Shown here one piece after another: positions 34,973-44,824 of a stretch of 56,331 nucleotides of DNA. The stretch spans positions 1-56,331 of IMG/VR virus record IMGVR_UViG_3300030451_001708; one strand, given 5' to 3'. The notes below the pieces were generated by a model. The model was not told the DNA's origin. It worked only from the letters and a program-made list of their open reading frames with translations, and did not search any database. The position numbers and the translations under genes were made by a program. Numbering within the stretch: the first letter of the stretch is position 1; each line of letters opens with the position of its first letter. This stretch comes from a virus (Duplodnaviria; Caudoviricetes).

Positions 34973-36848
34973 TCAAAATTATCAGATCCGAGGTGAAATG
35001 GATCTAGTAGATGTGGACTGGAACATACCACCGGAGTTTCCAGACCTCACAGGTTACAAAGAAATATCCGTTGATTTAGAAACCTATGATCCAAACATCA
35101 AAACACTAGGTCCTGGGTGGGCACGGAACGATGGACACATCATAGGCATAGCCGTGGCAGCAGGGGAATACCAAGGATACTTTCCTATCCGGCACTCAAA
35201 CGGACACAACCTAGATCCGAAGTTCACGTTGCGTTGGCTCAAGAAACAATTGTCTGTGCCAGATATGAACGTGATTATGCACAATGCCACCTACGATGCA
35301 GGTTGGTTACGTGCCGAAGGCATAGAGATCAAGGGTAAGATAGTCGATACGATGATCACAGGGGCGCTTGTAGACGAGAACAGGTGGTCTTTTGGGTTAG
35401 ACGCCATGGCAAGGGATTACATCTCTCAGCGGAAAGATGAGAAGCTCCTACAGGCAGCTGCGAAAGAGTGGGGTATAGATCCAAAGGCCGAGATGTGGAA
35501 GCTACCACCCAAGTATGTGGGTGCATATGCAGAACAAGACGCCGTTGCTACACTCAAACTATGGGATGCACTCAAACCAATACTACAAAAGGAAGAGTTG
35601 TGGGACATCTGGCATCTTGAGATAGGATTGATACCGTGCATGTTGGACATGCGGACAAGAGGTGTAAGGGTTGATCTAGACAAAGCTGATGTAAATAAGA
35701 AACTAATCAAGAAAAAAACGGATTCATTTCGGGAGTTTCTCAAGAAAGAATCAGGACTAGACGTAGACATATGGGCGTCGGCATCGATTGCAAAGATGTT
35801 TGATAAGCTTGATATACCATACCCAAGAACCGAGAAAGATGCGCCAAGCTTTACGAAAGAGTTTCTAACGAATCACCCATCTGATGTATGTAAGACACTT
35901 GTCAAGCTCAGAGAATTTGACAAAGCCGACTCAACTTTTATTGACAGCATCCTCCGACATGAGCACAATGGACGTATCCATACAGAACTCCACTCTACAC
36001 GTCGCGATGAGGGTGGTACTGTCACGGGTCGGTTCTCAAGCTCCAATCCAAATCTCCAGCAAATACCTGCCAGAGATAAGGATATAAAGAAACTGATCCG
36101 TGGCCTTTTTATTCCAGACGATGGATGCAAGTGGGGGTCATTCGACTATTCAAGCCAAGAGCCACGGCTACTTGTTCACTTTGCAGCTTCGGTTCGAGGG
36201 GTCAATCGGCATGACATGGTCGATCAGATTGTCGAAGAGTTCAACACGGGTGATGTAGATTTGCATCAGATGGTAGCAGACATAGCAGGCATTGATCGTA
36301 AACAAGCTAAGACTGTAAATCTGGGGATTATGTATGGCATGGGTGTTGGTAAGTTAGCCAACCAGTTAGACATATCAAAAGAAGAAGCAAAGGAACTGAT
36401 GGAAAACCATCAAAGTAAAGTTCCGTTTGTTAAATCTCTTGCAGAACTGGCGACACAACAAGCATCTAAGTTTGGTCAGATACGAACTTTGCTTGGACGT
36501 AAGTGCCGTTTTCCATTGTGGGAGCCAAAGAAGTTTGGTGCAGGTAAACCTTTGCCACACGACGAAGCACAAAAAGAATACGGACCTTTGATCAAAAGAG
36601 CGTTTACTTACAAGGCGTTAAACAGATTAATCCAAGGTTCAGCAGCAGATCAAACAAAGAAAGCGATGCTTGACTGCTACAACGAGGGACTTACTCCTAT
36701 GCTTACGGTGCATGATGAGTTATGTTTTAACATAGAGGGGCAAGAGCAAGCGACTCAAATACAGGAAATAATGGAAACTGGTGTGCCGCTCAAAGTCCCC
36801 TCTAAAATTGACGTAGATATCCAAAATGATTGGGGAGATATAACATAA
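34947..36848 (+). CDS. polA: Family A DNA polymerase (3'-5' exonuclease plus polymerase)
   Basis: VDLET, HNATYD, YAEQDA, TGRFSSSNPNLQQIP, DYSSQEPR, RKQAKTVNLGIMYG, IQGSAAD, VHDEL. Confidence 0.95.
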   Translation: MQKNLFGSDQNYQIRGEMDLVDVDWNIPPEFPDLTGYKEISVDLETYDPNIKTLGPGWARNDGHIIGIAVAAGEYQGYFPIRHSNGHNLDPKFTLRWLKKQLSVPDMNVIMHNATYDAGWLRAEGIEIKGKIVDTMITGALVDENRWSFGLDAMARDYISQRKDEKLLQAAAKEWGIDPKAEMWKLPPKYVGAYAEQDAVATLKLWDALKPILQKEELWDIWHLEIGLIPCMLDMRTRGVRVDLDKADVNKKLIKKKTDSFREFLKKESGLDVDIWASASIAKMFDKLDIPYPRTEKDAPSFTKEFLTNHPSDVCKTLVKLREFDKADSTFIDSILRHEHNGRIHTELHSTRRDEGGTVTGRFSSSNPNLQQIPARDKDIKKLIRGLFIPDDGCKWGSFDYSSQEPRLLVHFAASVRGVNRHDMVDQIVEEFNTGDVDLHQMVADIAGIDRKQAKTVNLGIMYGMGVGKLANQLDISKEEAKELMENHQSKVPFVKSLAELATQQASKFGQIRTLLGRKCRFPLWEPKKFGAGKPLPHDEAQKEYGPLIKRAFTYKALNRLIQGSAADQTKKAMLDCYNEGLTPMLTVHDELCFNIEGQEQATQIQEIMETGVPLKVPSKIDVDIQNDWGDIT

Positions 36849-37057
36849 TGATAGAAAAAAAATTTAAAACTTTAGGGCTAAGACAGATGCATCCAATGCA
36901 AGTTGAGTCCTTGATGGAATTTATAGGAGTTGCTCTTAACCTTGCAACTCATACCGATGATCAAGAAATCATCAATGACACAGAAGCATTGGCTGATGAG
37001 TTAGTAAAAATGTTTGGTGGCAACGGTATCAAGCTGACTATTGAGGAGGCGGATTAG
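36848..37057 (+). CDS. Hypothetical protein ending the replication operon
   Basis: TAATG coupling to the polymerase gene. Confidence 0.65.
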   Translation: MIEKKFKTLGLRQMHPMQVESLMEFIGVALNLATHTDDQEIINDTEALADELVKMFGGNGIKLTIEEAD

Positions 37058-40000
37058 TTCCGCGTAAACGTTGCAATAGTTCTAGATTTCTCAAAGCATC
37101 GAACGGATTGCTACCCAAGAATGGCAACATGGATTGTGGATTATTTCTCGTAACCGTTGGTTGCACATTTACATTAGCTTGAGGAACTTGAACAGAAGTT
37201 TGAACAGGAGGTTGTTGTGGAGAAAGTTCTATTTCTGAAGGTGTTGTTACTTGCTGTTGTGCTGTTTGGGATTCAACTTCTCGCTGCGCCTGCCGACTTT
37301 GAAGTCTTGCCTCTCGTTCCTCTTTGGCAATGACAGGTTCTAGTTTCATGTTCCGGCGATCATTGGACAGTCTGTTAAAGGTTGACCAAGGGATTTGATT
37401 TACCACCCGACTTTTATCTTCCGATCTCATATCTTTCTTGGTGTCTTTGATTAGTTCTTTAGAAGCTAGACCAGGCCAGAACTCGCCTCGAAGGATAGCG
37501 GATATCTCTGCACCACCCATTCCGGCTAGTTTAAGTTCACTTCTTATCTCTTGATCACTAGCACCTATGGCACGAGCAGCCTGTACGTTGAAGAAGAGCT
37601 TGCTCTGTTCACGGTAAAGGTTGTCTAGGTAGGTGTTCCAAGCTTCTACCATTTCGGGCACTGTAGCGTCCGCACGTTTGATCTCACGGTTAGCATTACT
37701 TTTAGCTGCGGATCGTAAAGGTAGATACTCACCGCCTTTGAAACGAAAGTCTGTTCGCACGTTTACAGGGATGGGCGTGAATCCTGTAATGGTACGAGCC
37801 AGTTCTTCATTGGCTGTAAAATCCTGACCCCTTGTTCCCACTTCTCCTGTGAGACCACGGAACAATCTACCCGGTTGTAACTTACCGCCTCTTTCTTCAA
37901 CAAACATTCGACCATAACCAGGGATGTATGTACCCATGATGTGGGTAATACTTTTGGACATCTTATCTCCAAAGCTGTCCGACCCACTGTATACTTTAGC
38001 ACCCGTTTGTGTTTCTCCATCTCGACCAATCCACGCTTGTGGAAGAACATCTCTGACTCTTTCAAAGAAAAGAGACTCAGAAAGAAATGGATCGGCGTAG
38101 CCTTGAACTAAACTCCAAGCTCCTGTTAAGATTTGGTCGGCTTCATCCTTACCAAGCTCACCTCTTTCGTTGTATGTTTGAAGAGCTTTACGAACAGGAT
38201 CTGTAACAAAGGCATGAGGAAATACATAACTCTGATCAAACAGTTCCATCTTTCCACGACCATCGTTACTAATCACACCCAACGCATGTCCGTCATAAAA
38301 GTCTGCGGTCAGTGCTTTGGCAGCTTCAAGTTCCTGTTCCGTGGTTCCAGTTGCAAGCATTGAGGCTTTGGTTATAGCGGCAGGCATAACGGTAGACATT
38401 GTCAGGTAAGACATCAAACGTTGTGACCCGATCCCACGGATCTGACGCTCTAATATCCGTGCGTTGTCTGGCCCCAAGGCTCTAATTAACTGATCATCCG
38501 CTTTGAATGAAAGCTCTCGTACCCCACGGGACAAGGTATTAGCTGCGTTACGAATGTTTTCTGAAGCAAACGATGTAAAGTTACCGAAGACAGGGATCGC
38601 ATCGAGGCGACGTATTGCTTTACCAACACGGCTGTATACGGGCATTGTGTCTTTTACTGTGTCTCCCGCCATGGTGAGTAAGAAGTTTGCAGGAGAAGTA
38701 TCTAGAGACAGTGACGCATCTCTTTTAGCGATTTTTTGTTCTCTCAAAGATTTTTTAAGAACTTCAAACTGCCCTGGATTTTTGACATTATTTATATCTA
38801 TACCCGCTTTAGATAAAGCGTTTGCCATTTTACCTTGCTCCGCAAACACCGCCATTAACTTAAAATATGAATCGGAGTTTGAATACAAGTTCTCAAGTTG
38901 TTGCATAAAAGGGATAAGTTTGTATGAAGCATCGTCCGCGAAAGACTGTAGCTTTCCGGCAACTTTAAAATCCTTTGCCATATCACGGAAATCTCTCAAG
39001 GCACTGGTCACAAGGCTAGTGTCCATGACGCCCAACGCACCAAGTTCACGGCTTAGTTTCTTTAAACCTTCATCATCTAATGTATCAGTATTTGCAGCAA
39101 TCAAACGAAACGTATCAACAAAGTCAGAGTTACGGGCAAGGTTCCCGTTTTGTGCGAGGGCAATACCGTTACCTGTGATGTTTCTGATTTGAGATATTAG
39201 ATTGGGAACAATGGTCATACGTTGAGCTTGACCTTTAAGAAGCGCACCCACTGCTACTGCTTGTCCCAACTCATCAAGTCCTAGTCGAGCAGGAGTGGTT
39301 AAAGCTTGTTTAACTTCTGGTGTAACAAACATACGCGTAAGATCTGCATAAGGTCCAAAGAAAATTGTGGGTTGATCTGCTGCCTCAAGCTGCTCGTATC
39401 CAAGACTCCGTAAATAATCTTCATCTCGTACTATTTGTTCTCCTGAAATAGCTTCTGGTCTATCATAGGCACTTCGAACAATTAATGGGCGTTCACCTTT
39501 GGCAAGATTTTCAAGAGCATTTTCAATGTTTTGTCCAAAGGTATTTGCTGCATTGCGATAAAAATTTAGACCCGCTAATGTTGTGGACATATCTGAAATA
39601 GTTTTAAAGTATGCCTTTGCAGGATCAACAACCTCACCCATGAGTTCTCTAGTTGACGGAAGTTGCTTTAGTTCTTCAACACGTTTGATAAACATATTGT
39701 CTGTTATACTTACAGCCCGACCTGGTAAAACAACTTGAGACCCTTCAGCGGCTAAAGCTTTTTGTTTTTCACGTAAAGCTTGTTGCGGAGTAAGTTTTCC
39801 ATCGGAAACATCAAGATCTAAATACCGTAGTAGTTTTCTTTCTGCAAACTCATCCAAGTCTGCATCAGATACAAAGTCAGGGAGATCCCTGCCACCAAAC
39901 AAATCTGCATATTCTTCGTTACCTGGCTTTTGAAAACGAACATAATTTTTCATTTCTTTCAGAGCAGCGTTGTACTCTGGGGTGCCTATAACCAAGCCTT

Positions 40001-41435
40001 TATAATAGTTTTCTGCGTCATCATACATGGCATAACGGCGACGGATGTAGCCGCCTACAGATTTTTTATGAGCTTCTATATCTTTTATCGCGTCCGCTAT
40101 CATCTTAGGATTACCAGTCCCACTAGCCAAACGTTGTTCTAATTCCAAAAGAATCTTATCTTGATACTCAAGATCAAGTTTCAACATTCTATTTGCTGCT
40201 TTTTTAGCTTGGTCGTTTAACCCATCAAGCGCAGTATCGTCACCTGTGGTCAGAAACTTGTACAGTTTCTGTTTGATTTGCTCACGAGTTTTCTTTCTTT
40301 TCTTTGGAAGTTTTACCACCGACATAAACTGACCAGTGGCTTTCTCAAAGTCTTTGTATAGTTTCAATGCTTCTCTTTGTGCAGTATCACCCACTGCTTT
40401 AACATCGAGAACCTCTTCAATTAGTTCTCCGTTTGCTACACCGCCAGGTTTGAACCATGCGTCAAATGTTTCTTTTGATGTCTTGGCACCAGGGATACGG
40501 CTAATTAGTTCTCCTCCTGCATTGAATACAGTCGCAGATGCACGAGCCAAGGAAGAAGTTACAGGAGAAACACCCGGTAAAGTTCCCGCCGCTCGTGCCG
40601 CTGCACCAACAACAGGTAACCCAACATCAAAGGTAAGACTTGCCAAGCCCCCCTCTACGCCTCTACGCAAACTATTTCTTAAACGAGCAAGACCTAGATC
40701 GGCACCTGATAGATTCTCTGTGCGTTCAGTCTCAAGAGCCGCGTCAAGAGGATCGGGTAGTATATCAAACGAGTCGGAAATCGTAGCTCTTCCGTCAGGA
40801 CTAAACACCGCTTCAAAACCACCAGTTGCAAGAGCCGTGGTTCCTATCAAACGGGTACGGTTTTTCAACATGGATTTGCCAACCTTAGATCCACCAAACT
40901 TCTCTGCGGATCTAAAGAATTTACTCTTTGCAGGAGCAGTTACGATTTTTGAACCTTGTGCTACTTTGTTTGCCCGACCAAGCCACCCTATTATTGGAAT
41001 GAAACCAAGACCAAATCCTACTAGCTCTTCGGTGACATTACCCGCAGTTGTTGTAGGGTTGAGGTTGTATTCTCTTTTAAAGTTTTCAAAAGCTTCAGTA
41101 ACAGGACGAGAGTAGTTTGTACCAAAGGCAGCATCAAATCCGGCGGTTCCAAACTCTGTAATACCTTGTGCCAAAGTCACAGGAGCAGCGGTTATACCTC
41201 GACCTACGTCTGTAAACTGTGATTCTTTGTAGGGTTGTATTTTTTGTTTTGCTTGAGATTTAAGACTTTCTGCAAGCTCTACATCCCCTGCTTCAAACGC
41301 ATCAATAGCTTGAGTTCTTAAAGTTTCAAACTCTTCTTTGTTTTTGTATTCTTCTTTTAGACGCTCTGCACGTTCCACATCCCCTGCTTCATATGCTTCG
41401 ATGGCGCGATTACGAAGTTCGTTAAGCGTGACCAT
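37038..41435 (-). CDS. Large internal virion/ejection protein (1465 aa)
   Basis: Largest, helical-looking ORF; last gene of the late arm after smaller ejection-like genes. Confidence 0.7.
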   Translation of the reverse strand: MVTLNELRNRAIEAYEAGDVERAERLKEEYKNKEEFETLRTQAIDAFEAGDVELAESLKSQAKQKIQPYKESQFTDVGRGITAAPVTLAQGITEFGTAGFDAAFGTNYSRPVTEAFENFKREYNLNPTTTAGNVTEELVGFGLGFIPIIGWLGRANKVAQGSKIVTAPAKSKFFRSAEKFGGSKVGKSMLKNRTRLIGTTALATGGFEAVFSPDGRATISDSFDILPDPLDAALETERTENLSGADLGLARLRNSLRRGVEGGLASLTFDVGLPVVGAAARAAGTLPGVSPVTSSLARASATVFNAGGELISRIPGAKTSKETFDAWFKPGGVANGELIEEVLDVKAVGDTAQREALKLYKDFEKATGQFMSVVKLPKKRKKTREQIKQKLYKFLTTGDDTALDGLNDQAKKAANRMLKLDLEYQDKILLELEQRLASGTGNPKMIADAIKDIEAHKKSVGGYIRRRYAMYDDAENYYKGLVIGTPEYNAALKEMKNYVRFQKPGNEEYADLFGGRDLPDFVSDADLDEFAERKLLRYLDLDVSDGKLTPQQALREKQKALAAEGSQVVLPGRAVSITDNMFIKRVEELKQLPSTRELMGEVVDPAKAYFKTISDMSTTLAGLNFYRNAANTFGQNIENALENLAKGERPLIVRSAYDRPEAISGEQIVRDEDYLRSLGYEQLEAADQPTIFFGPYADLTRMFVTPEVKQALTTPARLGLDELGQAVAVGALLKGQAQRMTIVPNLISQIRNITGNGIALAQNGNLARNSDFVDTFRLIAANTDTLDDEGLKKLSRELGALGVMDTSLVTSALRDFRDMAKDFKVAGKLQSFADDASYKLIPFMQQLENLYSNSDSYFKLMAVFAEQGKMANALSKAGIDINNVKNPGQFEVLKKSLREQKIAKRDASLSLDTSPANFLLTMAGDTVKDTMPVYSRVGKAIRRLDAIPVFGNFTSFASENIRNAANTLSRGVRELSFKADDQLIRALGPDNARILERQIRGIGSQRLMSYLTMSTVMPAAITKASMLATGTTEQELEAAKALTADFYDGHALGVISNDGRGKMELFDQSYVFPHAFVTDPVRKALQTYNERGELGKDEADQILTGAWSLVQGYADPFLSESLFFERVRDVLPQAWIGRDGETQTGAKVYSGSDSFGDKMSKSITHIMGTYIPGYGRMFVEERGGKLQPGRLFRGLTGEVGTRGQDFTANEELARTITGFTPIPVNVRTDFRFKGGEYLPLRSAAKSNANREIKRADATVPEMVEAWNTYLDNLYREQSKLFFNVQAARAIGASDQEIRSELKLAGMGGAEISAILRGEFWPGLASKELIKDTKKDMRSEDKSRVVNQIPWSTFNRLSNDRRNMKLEPVIAKEEREARLQSRQAQREVESQTAQQQVTTPSEIELSPQQPPVQTSVQVPQANVNVQPTVTRNNPQSMLPFLGSNPFDALRNLELLQRLRGTNPPPQ

Positions 41436-41447
41436 GTGTCGTGACCC

Positions 41448-43388
41448 TTATTGGTTGAACCAGTCTGATCCTTTTCCACCACCCTGCTTTACTCCAAGCC
41501 TTGGAATATTTAAAGCTCTGTAAAAAGCTTCTGCGTTTGCTTCTCCTGCTCTTTTTATAAATGCCTCGCCTTTTTCATCCTCGTTTAGGGTATCATCGGT
41601 TAAAACATCAGCGTATATTTCCGAGAAAAATTTGCCAGCATCGGTATCTAAATACCCAGTTGGATCGTCAAACTTTTCTTTTATTTTAAGTTTTGCTTCA
41701 TACTTTTCAAGCTCTCGTTTATCTTGTCGTGTTTCTTTAGCCAACTGTGTTTGTAAAGCATCGTCTCTTGCTTCTTTGTCTGTTGCAGCTTGCAAGGCCA
41801 ACATCTTAATTTTGTCTTTGCGCTCTTGACGAGTTGCTGCATCACCGCGAAGTGTTTCAATCATGTTCATAGCCGCTTGTCCGGCGTCCCCAGTAGCGGC
41901 GTAGGTTGCACCGTACATTGCCAATGCAAACCCTGTATTTCTTTTCTTTTCTTCCTCGTCATCACCTAAGATTTCAGAAAACCTAGACACATACTTGTCA
42001 AAGACATCGTCAAATGCATCATCTGTTTTGGCACCTCCAAAGTCTTTTGTTGCGTCATCTAATGTTTTATCGGCATTGGTTTGAAATTTTTCCCGTTCGT
42101 CTCTGCCGCCCTGAACTTCTATGAATTGATCCAAGCTTGGAAACTTGGGTTTTTCTGGTGCTTTTGGTGTTGATGTTACTAGTTCAGAAAGATCTGGATC
42201 ATCGTCTCTACGTTTATTTGCTTGTGGAGCTAAACGTTCATCAATTGGAAACTCAGATGTTTGTTCTAACTTGGCATTATTATGGGCAGCTTTAGCAACA
42301 ACTAAAGCGTCATTTGCGTTTTCTAATCTGTTTTGAATTACAGGTTTGTTTTCAGGATTTGCTAATTTAAGTGTTTCTTCTAACTGATTTACTGTTTCTT
42401 GAGCAACAACTAGATCACGGGCTGTTGATGAAATTTGAGCCGTGTCTTGATCTTGTTTAATAAGTTTACCAAAATTAGCTTCTGCTTGCTTTAATTGAGC
42501 AGTAACAGGGTTTTGATCTGTAGACCCACCCATACTTTCTAATTGCGCTTTTAAAACTTTCAAACGTTCAAAATCATCTATCGTTATTGCGCTCTCTTCT
42601 AATCTTTTTATTTGGTTCTCAATGCGTAACCTGTCAGTATATAACTCTTGATTGGCCTTTTGTTCTGCTCTTAATTGAAGCGCAGCTTGATCCACATTTG
42701 TAGGATCGTAGTCTATGACTGTAGTGGCAGGATTGTACGAAGGTGTGTTAACATTAACGTTTGGCGTCGTAGTCTTTTTAGTTTTTTCAACAGCATCTTT
42801 TCTGCTGCCACTGGTGGGGTCTAATGATGTAACTATTGGGACGTTGCTTATGTCCACCCGACTGTCTAACGACGCGACATCTATAACAGTTGAATCTGAT
42901 GATTGAGCTGCATCAGGGTACATCTTTTCAAAACGCTCAAAGTCTTGCTCCGTCATTAATACTGGATCAGGTGTAACACCCGGAATGTTTACATATAAAT
43001 ATGAAGGAGGATTAATACGTTGCGATTGTGCAGTCGCTTGCGCTATCGCATCTGTGCGAAAGGGAGGTTGGACACCAAAAGGTTCCCTAAGTTGACGTGC
43101 TCTTAATGCACCTGCGGCAGAGAAGCCGCCAGATCTAGGTCCAACATTAGTCCTACCTTGAACTGGTATTTGAGATACTGCGGGGGGTGGAGCTATTTGA
43201 TCATTAGTAGGAACAAAGCGCACTGCGTTAGGATTGGTAAGACTAATGTTTGGTATTCCAGTTATACCACCACCGTTTTCATATCCAACAGCTTGCATCA
43301 TCGGTTCAGACGATGCCATGATCCCACCTTTTCTACGAAGCTCGTCTCTTGCACCACGGTTAAAGAGTTTTCGATCTAATACGTTCAT
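41448..43388 (-). CDS. Internal virion/ejection protein (646 aa)
   Basis: MNVLDRKLF...GGIMAS...GYENGG N-terminus, coiled coils, hydrophobic FALAMYGA segment. Confidence 0.65.
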   Translation of the reverse strand: MNVLDRKLFNRGARDELRRKGGIMASSEPMMQAVGYENGGGITGIPNISLTNPNAVRFVPTNDQIAPPPAVSQIPVQGRTNVGPRSGGFSAAGALRARQLREPFGVQPPFRTDAIAQATAQSQRINPPSYLYVNIPGVTPDPVLMTEQDFERFEKMYPDAAQSSDSTVIDVASLDSRVDISNVPIVTSLDPTSGSRKDAVEKTKKTTTPNVNVNTPSYNPATTVIDYDPTNVDQAALQLRAEQKANQELYTDRLRIENQIKRLEESAITIDDFERLKVLKAQLESMGGSTDQNPVTAQLKQAEANFGKLIKQDQDTAQISSTARDLVVAQETVNQLEETLKLANPENKPVIQNRLENANDALVVAKAAHNNAKLEQTSEFPIDERLAPQANKRRDDDPDLSELVTSTPKAPEKPKFPSLDQFIEVQGGRDEREKFQTNADKTLDDATKDFGGAKTDDAFDDVFDKYVSRFSEILGDDEEEKKRNTGFALAMYGATYAATGDAGQAAMNMIETLRGDAATRQERKDKIKMLALQAATDKEARDDALQTQLAKETRQDKRELEKYEAKLKIKEKFDDPTGYLDTDAGKFFSEIYADVLTDDTLNEDEKGEAFIKRAGEANAEAFYRALNIPRLGVKQGGGKGSDWFNQ

Positions 43389-44821
43389 CCGAATACTCCC
43401 GCATTTTGCAATCCAGCATACGTTATCGCGTTTCCTGTAAATCGTTGAAAGGGTGATGCCGTCGGTGCAAACGTAGTTTGTGCCGTGCCAAGCGGTGCAC
43501 CTTGTATAACATCAGAAAAGAAACCAACCTGTTGATACGGTAACATTTGATTTGCACGTTGCGCATCTAGTAAAGACTGTTGGTAACCTTGCCCTTGTGC
43601 ACCCATTTGAGACAATAGGTTTATGTCTGCGGCTCCCATCCTTTGTTGCATACCACCTAGATTTGCCATGTTCATACCAAGACCAGCGATGCCTTGTCCC
43701 ATTCCTGCAATTTGCTGTTGTGCTCCTAATCCCGTGTTTATACCTTGCAATCCGAGTTGTGCTGCTTGTGATCCAAGTTGTCCACCTTGAATTGCACTGG
43801 TTTGAGCTAACTGTTCTGCGCCAAGACCTAACTGTCCTGCTCGATCCGCCGCTGTAATTTGTGTCCCTGCACCCGCCTGACCAAGTTGACCAATTGTTTG
43901 AGCACTTTGAAGCTGACGTGCGCGAGCTTGTTCAAAAGACTGTCTGGCACGTTCCGCTGCGGCTTCATATCCAGCTTGTCGCATTCCTGCTGCTGTTCGT
44001 GCTTGTCTTTCCAGTATGTCCTCACGAATCGGGTCTTCTCGTCTAAATTGTTCTAAGAAACGACGGTTTCCACTAAAGGCACCTTGACGTAACGCTTGAT
44101 CTCTAGTCTGACGCCCAACTTCGTCAAGTTGTCGAGCACCTGCTCGTTCAATATCAGCTAATGCAGCATCAACAGCTTGTGTTTCAAATGGATTGTAATA
44201 TGCCGCTGACATGCGTGGATCAAACTGACTTGCTGCACCGCGTAAAGATGCGATGCCTTGACCCGCTGTGCCTCGACCAAACTGCCCCGCGTCCATAAGA
44301 GCTTGCTGTGCCGCCGATGTGGACATACGAGCACGTTCTGCGGCTATATCAGCTTTAGTTATGCCCTCTCCAAGAGCTTGTTGTCCTATTGCAACTTGAC
44401 CAGGGATTTCTCCCGCCAATCGTTGGGTTTCATCCATCGCTTGACCAACACCCTGCATACCCAAAAACTGCGCGTTTGAGGCAGCGTCAAGATACGGCTG
44501 ATAAGATCCAACCCCCGATTGGGTCAGGGTGTAGGCCAAATCTTGTAATGGATCACGGTCAGCAATTCCATACTCTGGCAATTGCCCTGTAAATAGTTTT
44601 TGCGCTGTTGGTAAAAGACCTTCGATATAGTCTGGGTTTCTATATTTAGTACTACCATCTTCCTCAATTACATCAATATTAGCTTGTTCTTCTGGAGATA
44701 GCTCATCATATTCTTCTTGAGTAAGGAACTGATCTCCAAAACCATAAAGAAACGGTTTGGCTTCTTCTGGTAAATCTCTAACTATTGTTTGTTGTGCGCT
44801 GCCGCTACTGCCTCTACCCAT
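43385..44821 (-). CDS. Gln/Gly/Ala-rich DNA pilot/ejection protein
   Basis: YQPYL, YYNPFETQAV, GAFSGNR, long Q/A/G helical tracts. Confidence 0.7.
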   Translation of the reverse strand: MGRGSSGSAQQTIVRDLPEEAKPFLYGFGDQFLTQEEYDELSPEEQANIDVIEEDGSTKYRNPDYIEGLLPTAQKLFTGQLPEYGIADRDPLQDLAYTLTQSGVGSYQPYLDAASNAQFLGMQGVGQAMDETQRLAGEIPGQVAIGQQALGEGITKADIAAERARMSTSAAQQALMDAGQFGRGTAGQGIASLRGAASQFDPRMSAAYYNPFETQAVDAALADIERAGARQLDEVGRQTRDQALRQGAFSGNRRFLEQFRREDPIREDILERQARTAAGMRQAGYEAAAERARQSFEQARARQLQSAQTIGQLGQAGAGTQITAADRAGQLGLGAEQLAQTSAIQGGQLGSQAAQLGLQGINTGLGAQQQIAGMGQGIAGLGMNMANLGGMQQRMGAADINLLSQMGAQGQGYQQSLLDAQRANQMLPYQQVGFFSDVIQGAPLGTAQTTFAPTASPFQRFTGNAITYAGLQNAGVFG

Positions 44822-44824
44822 GTC

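Noticed and set aside
38503-41115. Plus-strand ORFs of 229 and 259 aa inside the 1465-aa gene
   Set aside because: In-register antisense frames with no recognisable motifs.
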